Positions 1-9,981 of a stretch of DNA of 64,000 bases are shown here, piece after piece; the first letter of the stretch is position 1; each line of letters starts with the position of its first letter. The notes under the pieces were generated by a model. It was not told the origin of the DNA. It saw nothing but the letters and a program-made list of their open reading frames with translations, and did not search any database. The translations under genes and the position numbers were made by a program. The DNA lies in the IMG/VR virus record IMGVR_UViG_3300037010_000793, positions 12,845 to 76,844 of that record. One strand, given 5' to 3'. Origin of the DNA: a virus.

Positions 1-72
1 AATGATTAATAACCCAAATCAAACAAAGGGATTATGTGGGAAGAGCTATCTTCCCTACTTTATTTATAGAGA

Positions 73-804
73 TCAAATACGCTCAATGGTATTTTTCTTG
101 ATCATTGTCACCGCTGAGTTAGTCTCTGCAAAGTATTTGCCTTTGCTAGGACCTGATGTGATTTCAAATTTAACTAATGTACCAACATCGTTAACATCAC
201 CAATGGCTGAACGATCAACGTCCATCTCTTTAGCAATTGAATCAATTAATTTTGCAATATATGATTCATTTATAAACTCTTTAAATGTTTTCAATTTATT
301 TACCTCTGTAGTTATCATACTGCTAACAATACCAGCATTGACTAATTTATTATATTCAAGACTTATCAAACTAGATAATTCGCTAACTAGTAACAAGTCG
401 TTAGATTCGATTAAATTAAATGTTTTATTATAGCTGTAAATCAGTATTACATTTGCGCAAGATTTACACCAGATTTTATCAATATCAATTACTTCTGTTT
501 TTGTTTTAACATCAAAAGCTTTTGCATAACCCGAAATTAAAAATCTTTTCCATACTGATATTGACACAGCAGTTTGTTCATTATCTGAAATAAGATACCC
601 ATGATTGATATTAATAGCAATATCACGATAAAACTCTTCTGTTAATCTACCTTCTTTAGTTGCGGGTGATTTGATTAACTCTGTAGTTTCATATAATCTT
701 GTTTTATTCTCCCTTAACAACCTAGTAGCGATTATTGGGATACCATCTTGTATTAGATATGCAAATATCTCTTTAGTCGGTTTGAACGGAGAATCAATAT
801 ACAC
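73..804 (-). CDS. hypothetical protein, divergent GNAT-like (similar to 16525..17169)
   Basis: LISDNEQTAVSISVWKR resembles LISDVEQYFGARKLWSK; an ATG at 835 is out of frame by one A in an A run. Confidence 0.55.
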   Translation of the reverse strand: MYIDSPFKPTKEIFAYLIQDGIPIIATRLLRENKTRLYETTELIKSPATKEGRLTEEFYRDIAININHGYLISDNEQTAVSISVWKRFLISGYAKAFDVKTKTEVIDIDKIWCKSCANVILIYSYNKTFNLIESNDLLLVSELSSLISLEYNKLVNAGIVSSMITTEVNKLKTFKEFINESYIAKLIDSIAKEMDVDRSAIGDVNDVGTLVKFEITSGPSKGKYFAETNSAVTMIKKNTIERI

Positions 805-937
805 TAACCTAGAATTAGGTACACTTACTTTTCATACGCATAGTCAAGATACAACTTTAATAGTGAATTCCAACTTGCAATAACTAAGTGTTTATTGCAG
901 TCACCTAAATTAATTAGGTGACATACACAGTATATTG

Positions 938-1192
938 CTAATCGTCGTAATCTTCATCAGTGTCTATTAGATCATACTCGTCTTCATCATACTCATACTC
1001 GTCGCGATTGCTTTCCTGATTATACAAAGCGTCAACCAAATCTTGGTCAAGGTCAATACCTAAATCATTAGCGCAAAAGTCAATAAGATCATCGACTGTA
1101 GCAAAATCGGTATAAACATCACCCGTATTAGTAGACACCACATACGTATTATTTTTATCATCAAAAAAGATGCTAATTTCTAAATCGTCCAT
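938..1192 (-). CDS. highly acidic small protein
   Basis: 84 aa, D/E-rich tail; AAGGA RBS. Confidence 0.7.
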   Translation of the reverse strand: MDDLEISIFFDDKNNTYVVSTNTGDVYTDFATVDDLIDFCANDLGIDLDQDLVDALYNQESNRDEYEYDEDEYDLIDTDEDYDD

Positions 1193-1225
1193 TTTACTTC
1201 CTTGTGTATTTTTGTTATTTATGAA

Positions 1226-1774
1226 TTAAAAAAGCGTTGCACTAGGAGATACACCTTTAATCATTCGTTTGTTAGCCAATTCAGCCATCAAACGCTCTTT
1301 CATAGTTGGTGTAATTAATTCAGCAATGTCATACTCATCCATGTCTGTCGCAGTTTCAAGGTATGCTAATATTTTATCAAAGTTGGATAGCTCGATTGAG
1401 TCTGATACAGCATCTAAAATTGTTGATTCAAGATTAGCGCTGATGACGCTCTGTTGATTTTTAATAGTAGCATATTTAATATCAAATGTATCATATACTT
1501 TCCAAACAGTTGCACGATCAATAACTTTAGAACCGATTCTAAATGGATTATCAATAGTGATGTCAAGATATTCAAACATCAATCCAATAACAACTTTATA
1601 ATACAACTCAGTAATCATGTTTCGATTAACGACAATTAATGACGTGTCTGAAGGTCCAATAAACGATAAAGGGATACCGTCGATAACAACTTCATATTGC
1701 TTTGGATTGGTGCATGCATATACGTCGCCATTTACACCGTAGTTAGCTTTAATTAAGAATTCTAATGTAATCAT
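1226..1774 (-). CDS. hypothetical protein
   Basis: 182 aa ORF with 4-bp overlap to the upstream gene. Confidence 0.7.
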   Translation of the reverse strand: MITLEFLIKANYGVNGDVYACTNPKQYEVVIDGIPLSFIGPSDTSLIVVNRNMITELYYKVVIGLMFEYLDITIDNPFRIGSKVIDRATVWKVYDTFDIKYATIKNQQSVISANLESTILDAVSDSIELSNFDKILAYLETATDMDEYDIAELITPTMKERLMAELANKRMIKGVSPSATLF

Positions 1775-2040
1775 GATATGTCGCTCTGTACCTTTAAACC
1801 TAGGTCTTTATTTAAGTTATTAATTTTATCTTTATACCAGCTAGGTACTTGCATACCAGAAGTGCTTGATTTGCCTCCTGTTGTACTGAACCCAGTACCG
1901 GCAGAGATAATTTGCTGAATACAGTGATCAGCAGAACACGACGGGCACGGTAATGCTTCAGGCGCCTTCCTTTCTGAAACTGAATGGCTTTCATCCCAAG
2001 TATGATTACATTCTTTGCAATTATATGTGTATAGCGGCAT
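1771..2040 (-). CDS. FmdB-family zinc-ribbon protein
   Basis: MPLYTYNCKEC...CPSC motif. Confidence 0.85.
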   Translation of the reverse strand: MPLYTYNCKECNHTWDESHSVSERKAPEALPCPSCSADHCIQQIISAGTGFSTTGGKSSTSGMQVPSWYKDKINNLNKDLGLKVQSDIS

Positions 2041-2048
2041 AACTCTCC

Positions 2049-2954
2049 TTAAATCTCAGCGATAGAATCTAACAACATTCTCAAACGATTCTTAGCAAAA
2101 TACTGTTGTAGTTTCATGATAGACGTTGGCTTCTGCGAATCATATTGTTCGATGCATTTATCTTGCAACTCAACTGGGATCATGGTAAAATCTACTAGCA
2201 TTTTATTACGTTCGTATCTTGCTAATGTTTCGTCATTAGGACAGAATAACTTTGGATTAAACCCTGTATTCATAGCCTCAGTGAAGAATTTAGATGTAAC
2301 AGATTTTTGCTTTTCTTTAATACCATCAGTTCGGCGTTTAAAGAATTCATCATCAGAGAAAATATTAGGGATAGCATCACCTGAATCACCTCCGATAATC
2401 TTATGTTGCAAATCAATTAACGGACTGTCTTTTGGTTTAACTAACTTCTTGGTGATTGGTGAATACTGTTCCACATTGGGGTAGCGTTGTAGTTGAACTA
2501 AATCTCCATCAGTAGAGATAATCCGTACCTTTCCATATGAAGCTGCTCGAGGCGCAAGGATACCGATAACATCATCAGCCTCAAGACTTTTGACACGAAT
2601 TACTTTCCATGGGAATACTTCGTCAATTTCGTCAATAAGCTCTTCTAAGATTGGAAATAACGACTTATAGTCAATATCTGACTCTTCACGACCTGATTTT
2701 CGTGTACCTTTATAGAATGGTAAAATATCACGGCGCCAGTATGGTGCAGAATCAACTGCGATGATGCATTCTGATGGTTTGGTCTTCATGTTTTTGTAAT
2801 AAAGAATAGAACCAATCATAGCGCTTTTGAATTTAACTGGTTCAATTGTCCGTTTACCTGATTCAGTAACACTCCAATCACCTTTATTAAACAATCCATG
2901 AAGCGTTGCGTGAAAAATACCAGAGAGGTCAATTATAACTGTTGTTTTATTCAT
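2049..2954 (-). CDS. rnh: T4-type RNase H / 5'-3' flap exonuclease
   Basis: IIDLS, AVDSAPYWRR, YKGTR, EADDVI, STDGDLVQL, GDSGDAIPN motifs. Confidence 0.93.
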   Translation of the reverse strand: MNKTTVIIDLSGIFHATLHGLFNKGDWSVTESGKRTIEPVKFKSAMIGSILYYKNMKTKPSECIIAVDSAPYWRRDILPFYKGTRKSGREESDIDYKSLFPILEELIDEIDEVFPWKVIRVKSLEADDVIGILAPRAASYGKVRIISTDGDLVQLQRYPNVEQYSPITKKLVKPKDSPLIDLQHKIIGGDSGDAIPNIFSDDEFFKRRTDGIKEKQKSVTSKFFTEAMNTGFNPKLFCPNDETLARYERNKMLVDFTMIPVELQDKCIEQYDSQKPTSIMKLQQYFAKNRLRMLLDSIAEI

Positions 2955-3060
2955 GTAACTCCGATGTTAATTAGTTGATAAAATATGAATTTTAAGGGTG
3001 ATATTTTCGAGTAAGAACTACTCTAAGAGAATACTAGATTTTTAGATGATTTGCATTATA

Positions 3061-4134
3061 TTATTTCCAAATATAACCCATTAGCAGCTCACTTCTTTCT
3101 GAAACACGCTTAGCCATTGCTGTTGACATTTTAACACTGAATAAGAATGATGAACTCGTTCTAATACGCAACATATTTTTAGAAGAATCGACTGCAAGAT
3201 ATGTTAGTTGCGGAATTGTATAGTTCTTCTCGTTAGGAAGTGTTATAGTTGGGTTTTCCCAGACTGAGTATTCAACGCTAGGTGATAACTGAATGTATTC
3301 AGGTAGACCTTTTTCTAGTGGAAGAGATAAAATACCACCAGACCGGTCACCAATACCACTTATAATATTAGCATTAATTAATACGTTAACCAGATGCTTA
3401 ATATCATTTGGGTGAATAACCACATTAACATTGTATGACATTACAACATCATCTAATCCTAATGGGTCAACCTTAATATTGCTTACTGATATTTTCGCGT
3501 ACTCTTTAAAGAGTTCATTAAATTTTTGTACAGCGTTATACTGGTTAATCACAATGCTTTTAGCTGTTTGTTGTTGCATATTGACAACTGAAACAGAATT
3601 AGCTAAGTACTTTCCTCGTTGTTCTTTAATCCATCCATCTATTTCTGTAATCTGTCTATTATATACTGAAACATCATCTTTGTAAACATTTATTTGTTGA
3701 GTTGCTAATTTATCTTGAATCAGCTTCAACGATGATATCTGAGATGCAATATTATCATTTTGGTATATTAAAGCCTCAATATGTTTCTGCTGATCTTCAT
3801 CATAACTAGCAATAACTGACACAAAATACAGAACATCGCCATTCGATTCGTAAACCTTATACTTAGATGTTACTTTATAATCCATCAACGCCGAGGTGAT
3901 AACTGATGTAGCTGTTCTTGACGACGTATTAGATTCAGTTCTAATTAAATCCTTATCAACACTAACTAACACCTTACTAGATTCAGCCGCGTTAGCAAGA
4001 GCAAGACTAGTTGCGATTTTATATCCAGTAACATCGTCTTCAGTACTAGCAGCATATTGAGCTTCACCAGTTGATTTGATAACAGCACCATAAGATGAAA
4101 AACTCAATAACAAAATCAAGAACATCAGTTTCAT
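3061..4134 (-). CDS. secreted protein with signal peptide (FlgT-N/LPP20-like N-terminal domain possible)
   Basis: MKLMFLILLLSFSSYGA signal; TGEA..ALANAAE pattern. Confidence 0.6.
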   Translation of the reverse strand: MKLMFLILLLSFSSYGAVIKSTGEAQYAASTEDDVTGYKIATSLALANAAESSKVLVSVDKDLIRTESNTSSRTATSVITSALMDYKVTSKYKVYESNGDVLYFVSVIASYDEDQQKHIEALIYQNDNIASQISSLKLIQDKLATQQINVYKDDVSVYNRQITEIDGWIKEQRGKYLANSVSVVNMQQQTAKSIVINQYNAVQKFNELFKEYAKISVSNIKVDPLGLDDVVMSYNVNVVIHPNDIKHLVNVLINANIISGIGDRSGGILSLPLEKGLPEYIQLSPSVEYSVWENPTITLPNEKNYTIPQLTYLAVDSSKNMLRIRTSSSFLFSVKMSTAMAKRVSERSELLMGYIWK

Positions 4135-4140
4135 GACTTT

Positions 4141-4728
4141 TTACTCAGCTAACGGAACGAACTTAGGCTCGATTTCTTTAGCAACACGCTCAACCAATTT
4201 AGCATGATCAGTCGTTAACGTACCGGTATTTGCTTCATTATTCCGTGAAAACGGTAAAAATACCATAACATATGCACGGACAAACTTACCGTCTTGTTTT
4301 ACTTCACGTTTAACAATTCGATACCCTGCCATGTTTTGACGTGCAGTAAACTCATCGGTTACTAATGAAGAGCTTTTATTTGTAGTACCATCAAGGCCTT
4401 TCTTTTGCATCAATGCTTTTTGTTGAGACATAAGATTGTTAGATTTGCTAGCTAACTCAGACAACGCAATTGTTCGCGCATCATCTAGCGCAATCTGTAT
4501 ATCGTCTGCAAAGCTTGTACCAACAGCATACATACCATTATCATCTGATTGATTATAATCTAAGAACCAATCTGGTACATTTTCCAGTTGTTTTTGTACA
4601 TTCTTAGTTTGCTTAATTTCAATCTGCTCTTGTTGCTTTGCAATTCGTTCTTGTACTGTTGGACTTGAACAACCGCTTAACACTAGAGCTACTGTAGCAG
4701 CTAAAATTAGTTTCTTCATTTCAAACAT
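4141..4728 (-). CDS. LPP20-like lipoprotein
   Basis: lipobox LSGC; VPDWF, YAVGTS, A..A...A...LA pattern. Confidence 0.75.
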   Translation of the reverse strand: MFEMKKLILAATVALVLSGCSSPTVQERIAKQQEQIEIKQTKNVQKQLENVPDWFLDYNQSDDNGMYAVGTSFADDIQIALDDARTIALSELASKSNNLMSQQKALMQKKGLDGTTNKSSSLVTDEFTARQNMAGYRIVKREVKQDGKFVRAYVMVFLPFSRNNEANTGTLTTDHAKLVERVAKEIEPKFVPLAE

Positions 4729-4804
4729 CCTATTTCAATTAGTGTAAACCACACTGTAGACACATTATATACTAACACTGTGCAAAAGTAAACATGTTTT
4801 TCAA

Positions 4805-5059
4805 TTAATACCAAATAAATTTGCTACTGTTAATCGGCTGGTTGTTATTTCGAGCTCGGCTAGCATGCGCCATTGGAGAATCATATCCACATTTACTTAA
4901 TGTACGAAGCATATCATGAATAGCCGGCTGAATTTCCTGGCTAGAGTTAACACGAACTTCTATGATAGGCTTTCGTGTTTTTAAAGAAATAATACGGCAA
5001 CCAAACAAGTTGTTTCCTAAAGCTGTTACATTTGTATCTAACGTTTCTACTGGTTTCAT
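4805..5059 (-). CDS. hypothetical protein
   Basis: ATG 5059 with AAGGA RBS downstream of an early promoter; the longer ORF call runs through the promoter. Confidence 0.65.
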   Translation of the reverse strand: MKPVETLDTNVTALGNNLFGCRIISLKTRKPIIEVRVNSSQEIQPAIHDMLRTLSKCGYDSPMAHASRARNNNQPINSSKFIWY

Positions 5060-5138
5060 TTCAATATCCTTTGTTAATTTATCTGTCATGATTATTATAA
5101 TACGTGTAATTCCAAATGTAAACAACTTTAGATAAATT

Positions 5139-6374
5139 TTACCAACCTTTTATTACTCTGCTTGAAAAATTGTAATGCGAGAAGCTCAAACGATCAACGA
5201 GCTTTACTGTATTCGACGACAACTTATCAACTACAACAACGCCTTCACTACCAGTGACTTGAAACCCATCAGCTGTTTTAATGAATGTTTTCATATTACT
5301 AATTTTATCAAAATGATTAATAATCATAACTTTAGCGTTAACCAAAGCAATCTGTAGGTCAAACAGCATGCTAAGGTTATCAATATTTGACTCATCGAAG
5401 AATTTTAATATCTCAGATCTCTTATCATATTGGGTTTGTTTTCCGCGAGCAGTAACTCTTTTTTCAGCTTCAGCTTCATATCTGTTATGAATCCAATCGA
5501 TTAAACCTAATACATGTTTCTTAGAGTCTGTAATAAACATACCTTGTCTAATATGCGAATTGTTGTATATTTCAATTAACTTAGTAAGCTCTTTATTTTC
5601 TGATAGTACCAACAAAGTATTGCTTGCAATTTTATTAAAAATCTTACGAACTGTATTGATAAGATCTGTGAGGTCTTGAGTCTCGCCTTTGGTCAATGTA
5701 ACCGTACCCGCAAAGTTATGAATCTCTGCGCTTGATACCCACACATTATCGTTATACTCAAAATCTTTTGACGTTACATCTGAACTTGCGACCAAACTAG
5801 ATAGCGTGCTACCAGTATATTTTGTGTGAAATACGACACCTATGTTAGTCTTCACTATGTACTCGCCAAATTCTGAATCTTGAGGTACCGCGTAAACAAT
5901 AGTGTTAGGATGCATTAACCAATATGATTTACCGTCAATCACGTCAGATTCTATATCTGTTCTAATATGTAGCAAGTCGCCTTGATAGATGCCTGACTTT
6001 ACTACTAATGGTAGCCAGCGTAATGCGGCAATAAAACGTTCCTGGAGAGCTGGAGGTAAGTTAGATGATAATACACCTTGTTCAGACGTATAATATTGCG
6101 GATCTGTATTGAATAACGACTTTTTAGCAACAAAAAACTCATTAGTTTCAGGATGATAACCGCAGATGATACTAGGATTTCCATCAATCTTCATAGTAGT
6201 ATTGATATGCGCTTTAGTGCTGCCTGCTAATTCGTCTCTAACGTCTGATAGAATGCTAATAGCATTTTGTATTTGAATTACGCCTTGGTACGTCAACTCT
6301 TCAATATGAGGTAGATGCAATAGTTTAGATGCATTTGTTTGATTTTGTAATTTATTAAACTCGCTAAATTTCAT
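5139..6374 (-). CDS. DUF6267-like protein with ATP-dependent ligase-type motifs
   Basis: KIDG (motif I), QGDLL, EGVVV, VKLV; PNTIVYAVP and GVVFHT as in T4-like phage homologs. Confidence 0.75.
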   Translation of the reverse strand: MKFSEFNKLQNQTNASKLLHLPHIEELTYQGVIQIQNAISILSDVRDELAGSTKAHINTTMKIDGNPSIICGYHPETNEFFVAKKSLFNTDPQYYTSEQGVLSSNLPPALQERFIAALRWLPLVVKSGIYQGDLLHIRTDIESDVIDGKSYWLMHPNTIVYAVPQDSEFGEYIVKTNIGVVFHTKYTGSTLSSLVASSDVTSKDFEYNDNVWVSSAEIHNFAGTVTLTKGETQDLTDLINTVRKIFNKIASNTLLVLSENKELTKLIEIYNNSHIRQGMFITDSKKHVLGLIDWIHNRYEAEAEKRVTARGKQTQYDKRSEILKFFDESNIDNLSMLFDLQIALVNAKVMIINHFDKISNMKTFIKTADGFQVTGSEGVVVVDKLSSNTVKLVDRLSFSHYNFSSRVIKGW

Positions 6375-6376
6375 TT

Positions 6377-7624
6377 TTATTCTCCAATCTTTAAAAACAC
6401 TGAGCTATTATCAGATGCACTAATAGCATATCTAACCATTTTGTCTACGATCATATTCTGATTTTCATCACTTTCTAACACGCTAATTAACTCTAACCCT
6501 TTAAACTTACCTAGCATGTATGAATCACTCACGTCTCCACTCATTACTTTATGTATAAATTCATCAAATGACGTATCCACTTTTTCATATAGTGAAGACG
6601 CTAAGTCATAAAATTTGCCTAAATGACTAACACATCTATTACTTCTATTGACATCCAGCGACGGGGTTAGACGATTATCAAAGAATTTAGATATTTTCTT
6701 TTCACCTATTTTTCCGTGATTAGCTTCATGTCCTTTAACTTCACCTTGCCAATTAGAGTTGACGTTAAACGGTCTAAACTGGATTCTGCCTGGCTTTCCA
6801 TTGATAACATAATGAACATATACGTCAATCGAGTCATTTAAGAATGTTGATTTTGTTATATTAAACCCGCTGTACTCTATATCAAGAGTCATATTAGGTG
6901 TATTGTATTCAGTTATTTTGCAGAATTTAGACACTTTTTTGAGACTAACACCAATTAAATTCCCAGCTTTATAACTATCGTGCATGTGACTGTTTAATTC
7001 TTGAAGCGTTTCAGCTCTACTTAGAATAGTGTTAACATCCCATTCCTTATTAATCATCCAGATGTCTGATGGGTTCCATTTGTTAATATTGCTAAACGGA
7101 TCATCAAGTTTTTTGTTAAGCTCGCTAAACTTGGATGCAATTGATTTTACAGTGTATGATCCTTTATGATGAATATAATCATGCGGATGTTCAATATGAT
7201 TCGCTAGCATGCTTGCAATAATAATAGCAGATTTATGCCATGTATCACAAACATTTTTATGAATATCATCGACTGGTAAATCTATATCATACCCATGGTT
7301 ATCAATAGTGTTTGCATTGTAATAACACTGTAGACATTCGACTTTACCAGTCAACTCAGATCCAGCTCCGCTAGCCAGTTTACCACCAAATTCATCTGTC
7401 TTGGAAAACTGTGCTAGCGTTCTTACTGAACCGTCACCCATGATAAACGGAGCATATCCCAAGTTGTTCCGGATGTTCTGTAATGATGTGAGATTATGTT
7501 GTATATTACTAACTAATAATAATTCACCTGATTCCATCTGGAACAATGATTCAGATTTAATTTTCTTACTAAAAATCTCTATCCTATCATACTTACGAAT
7601 TGTAGCAGGTGATAAGCAGCCCAT
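6377..7624 (-). CDS. PD-(D/E)xK-like nuclease of T4-like phages
   Basis: NKWNPSDIW...LIGVSLKK motif. Confidence 0.6.
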   Translation of the reverse strand: MGCLSPATIRKYDRIEIFSKKIKSESLFQMESGELLLVSNIQHNLTSLQNIRNNLGYAPFIMGDGSVRTLAQFSKTDEFGGKLASGAGSELTGKVECLQCYYNANTIDNHGYDIDLPVDDIHKNVCDTWHKSAIIIASMLANHIEHPHDYIHHKGSYTVKSIASKFSELNKKLDDPFSNINKWNPSDIWMINKEWDVNTILSRAETLQELNSHMHDSYKAGNLIGVSLKKVSKFCKITEYNTPNMTLDIEYSGFNITKSTFLNDSIDVYVHYVINGKPGRIQFRPFNVNSNWQGEVKGHEANHGKIGEKKISKFFDNRLTPSLDVNRSNRCVSHLGKFYDLASSLYEKVDTSFDEFIHKVMSGDVSDSYMLGKFKGLELISVLESDENQNMIVDKMVRYAISASDNSSVFLKIGE

Positions 7625-8380
7625 TTATCCAAGAATCATCATTGCAGGCATCTGCCATTTACTTTCTATCTCATCACGTAGCTCATCAATTTTAGCTTGC
7701 GCTTCGCCTTGCATACCTGCTCCATCGATAACTACACCACCAGGTAAAGCCACGTTACCAAATTTACCTAATACTCTACCCCAGATCAGTTTTGATTGTT
7801 GTACCGCCATTTCTCTGAACCAAGTATCATTGAACACTTCAGGATCTTCTTCTGGGTCAACTTCTTTGGTGCATTCAATGATGACATAATCGCCGACTAC
7901 CATTTTACTCCAATCAGTAACAATGTTAAGTTTGTACTTTACTCTTGAAAAGTTCCAAACAACTTTATTGTTAAACACAGAGCGAAGATCTCCTAATTGC
8001 TGTTCAAGACTCATATAACTCATTACTGAATATCTAGAATCAGAACTAGCGCCAGATGCTGTCATGAACGAATCCCAAAATGAAACAGCGGTAATACCGT
8101 GCCAACCAAGCATGCTGCCGTTAGCGCTAATACTAACTTCTCTAATACCATTAATTGTTTTATCGAGTGTTAAGTATTTGTTATCAATATCAGTTTGACT
8201 GATTTGGTATGACACAATAGATCTTTCAGATCCGTTGTAGTGGTACATTCTGTAGTATCTTAGTGTGTTATCGATCGCAGATAAGAATTGATCTGTTGTT
8301 AGGTTAACCCGAATAATAGGAGCACCTAATTGTAGCCTTATATATGATATTAAATCATCATAGTATAGAATTTCGTTCAT
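7625..8380 (-). CDS. 13: neck/head-closure protein gp13
   Basis: LGAPIIRVNL, YHYNG, WGRVLGKF, LPGGVVIDG, PAMMILG C-terminus. Confidence 0.92.
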   Translation of the reverse strand: MNEILYYDDLISYIRLQLGAPIIRVNLTTDQFLSAIDNTLRYYRMYHYNGSERSIVSYQISQTDIDNKYLTLDKTINGIREVSISANGSMLGWHGITAVSFWDSFMTASGASSDSRYSVMSYMSLEQQLGDLRSVFNNKVVWNFSRVKYKLNIVTDWSKMVVGDYVIIECTKEVDPEEDPEVFNDTWFREMAVQQSKLIWGRVLGKFGNVALPGGVVIDGAGMQGEAQAKIDELRDEIESKWQMPAMMILG

Positions 8381-8406
8381 AGGATTACCTCAGAATTAAC
8401 AAACAT

Positions 8407-8967
8407 TTATTGCCTATTTATCATTACTTTAGATAGAGCATGGTATAATTCTTCGCTGTAATCGATACCGTCATATAACTTAACAAAGCCGTCTAAATCG
8501 TTGTCAATAACCAGTTGCCTAGCTTTAGTTGAGGATACTGAGCTAACATCCGTTGCATCTTGGTTTCTTTCACCGCTAGATATGATGCTGATAGACTCAA
8601 ATGAATAAAACCCATGTTTAGCTTCTACACCATTGTACTTCGGTATCTGTCTATTATGCTCAACTATTCTATCTGCACCAACTACCAAAGTGATATGTGT
8701 ATATCCTTTAATGTATAGATAAACCAATGAGTCAAACATGTTATTAATAGCAATGTCTTCCACAATATTATTTTGGTATTCATTGAACATCAAACACATG
8801 AATTTTAGCTTATCATGATACGGTAATGGGTTTTTTGCGTTTTGTGTTGAGCTTGTGAATATTAACAAGTCTGAAGACGGTTCTGTGCTTGACATAAAAT
8901 CAAACAAATGTAGATGTCCTTTGGTAGGTGGATTAAATCTACCAAAGGTGAATATTGCTTTATTCAT
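8407..8967 (-). CDS. HIGH-superfamily nucleotidyltransferase (cytidylyltransferase / NMNAT-like)
   Basis: FTFGRFNPPTKGH, KNPL, VVGADR, SSTKAR. Confidence 0.85.
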   Translation of the reverse strand: MNKAIFTFGRFNPPTKGHLHLFDFMSSTEPSSDLLIFTSSTQNAKNPLPYHDKLKFMCLMFNEYQNNIVEDIAINNMFDSLVYLYIKGYTHITLVVGADRIVEHNRQIPKYNGVEAKHGFYSFESISIISSGERNQDATDVSSVSSTKARQLVIDNDLDGFVKLYDGIDYSEELYHALSKVMINRQ

Positions 8968-9196
8968 TAACCGCGTTAACCGCGTTAACTACATTTTTGT
9001 ATTGTTTAATATGTTTAAGCATAAACTTGCGAGAAACAAACAACGCAATAATACTAACACCAACAATCCAACTAGTTTCATATGAAATTACAACTATTGA
9101 TCCGATAAAAACTAAAAGACCAAGTACACTTAATGATAAAAACGTTAATACAGATTTTTGTTGTTCATCTGTTAATTCTTCAATATCTACATGCAT
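8960..9196 (-). CDS. small membrane protein
   Basis: two hydrophobic segments. Confidence 0.65.
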   Translation of the reverse strand: MHVDIEELTDEQQKSVLTFLSLSVLGLLVFIGSIVVISYETSWIVGVSIIALFVSRKFMLKHIKQYKNVVNAVNAVNE

Positions 9197-9391
9197 TTAA
9201 AAGAACCCCATAATAACGCCAAGAGGAAATATAAAAACGCCAATTGCGCGAGCGACAACTTCGCCTGTAAGCGCTTCAGCTCCAAATAAAGTAACAATGT
9301 TTGACACATATCCAAGCACGATCAATAATGCAATAGCCAAACCAATTACGGTAAACGTAAACGGATTATAATTGCGTTGTTTCTTAAACAT
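9197..9391 (-). CDS. small membrane protein
   Basis: GYVSNIV..RAIGVFIFPLGVIMG, a common phage membrane pattern; AGGAG RBS. Confidence 0.7.
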   Translation of the reverse strand: MFKKQRNYNPFTFTVIGLAIALLIVLGYVSNIVTLFGAEALTGEVVARAIGVFIFPLGVIMGFF

Positions 9392-9533
9392 CTAACGTCT
9401 CCTTAAAGAATGTTTTATCTTTATGTTTAGCACCCTTAAACTTTTTAGGTGTTTCAACTTTATGTTTAAATCTGCATGAATGAAAGAATTGTTTTTGAGC
9501 TAATTCGCATTCAATGCTTTTCTTCTTTTTCAT
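9384..9533 (-). CDS. ArfA-like small basic protein
   Basis: ATG 9533 with AAGGAG; FKHKVETPKKFKG resembles ArfA FRQRVEKNKKGKG. Confidence 0.5.
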   Translation of the reverse strand: MKKKKSIECELAQKQFFHSCRFKHKVETPKKFKGAKHKDKTFFKETLDV

Positions 9534-9547
9534 AATCAACTCCTTAG

Positions 9548-9970
9548 TTAGAGTTGATCGACTCCAACTGTAATACAAACGAAATAATACGAAATAAACA
9601 AGTACATGGTATAATGTGCTAACTGATCTACGCCAATAGCTATCCAAAATTTATTATCAGAGACAGCCAAACTGTTACTCTTGTTATAATTCATCTTAAT
9701 ATAATCAATGATATAATGCAAAACTGTATCAATTAACGCAAAAATACCAGCAACAAGCAACACAGTATTCACGTTTGGATTATGTAGCGCAAATACAGAT
9801 ACACCAATTAAAACTGCATAAGTAAACACACCATGATCTAGCGAGTGTTCAATACCATCAGAGTTAAACAAAATACCTTTTCCTTTAACCATTGCATCAG
9901 TCTGAATCACCCAATCGCAGTACATATGCTTAACAAATAATGCAAACAACGTGATAACTAAAATACCCAT
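9548..9970 (-). CDS. DUF3307-family membrane protein
   Basis: H..CDW..Q, H...H, HYIID..K, DQLAH. Confidence 0.8.
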   Translation of the reverse strand: MGILVITLFALFVKHMYCDWVIQTDAMVKGKGILFNSDGIEHSLDHGVFTYAVLIGVSVFALHNPNVNTVLLVAGIFALIDTVLHYIIDYIKMNYNKSNSLAVSDNKFWIAIGVDQLAHYTMYLFISYYFVCITVGVDQL

Positions 9971-9981
9971 ATAACCTCTAT

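Noticed and set aside
8968-8989. Short in-frame tandem repeats (TAACCGCGT here; GGCCAA at 55521; 21-bp at about 51018-51067)
   Set aside because: Small slippage duplications within coding regions; no evidence of function.
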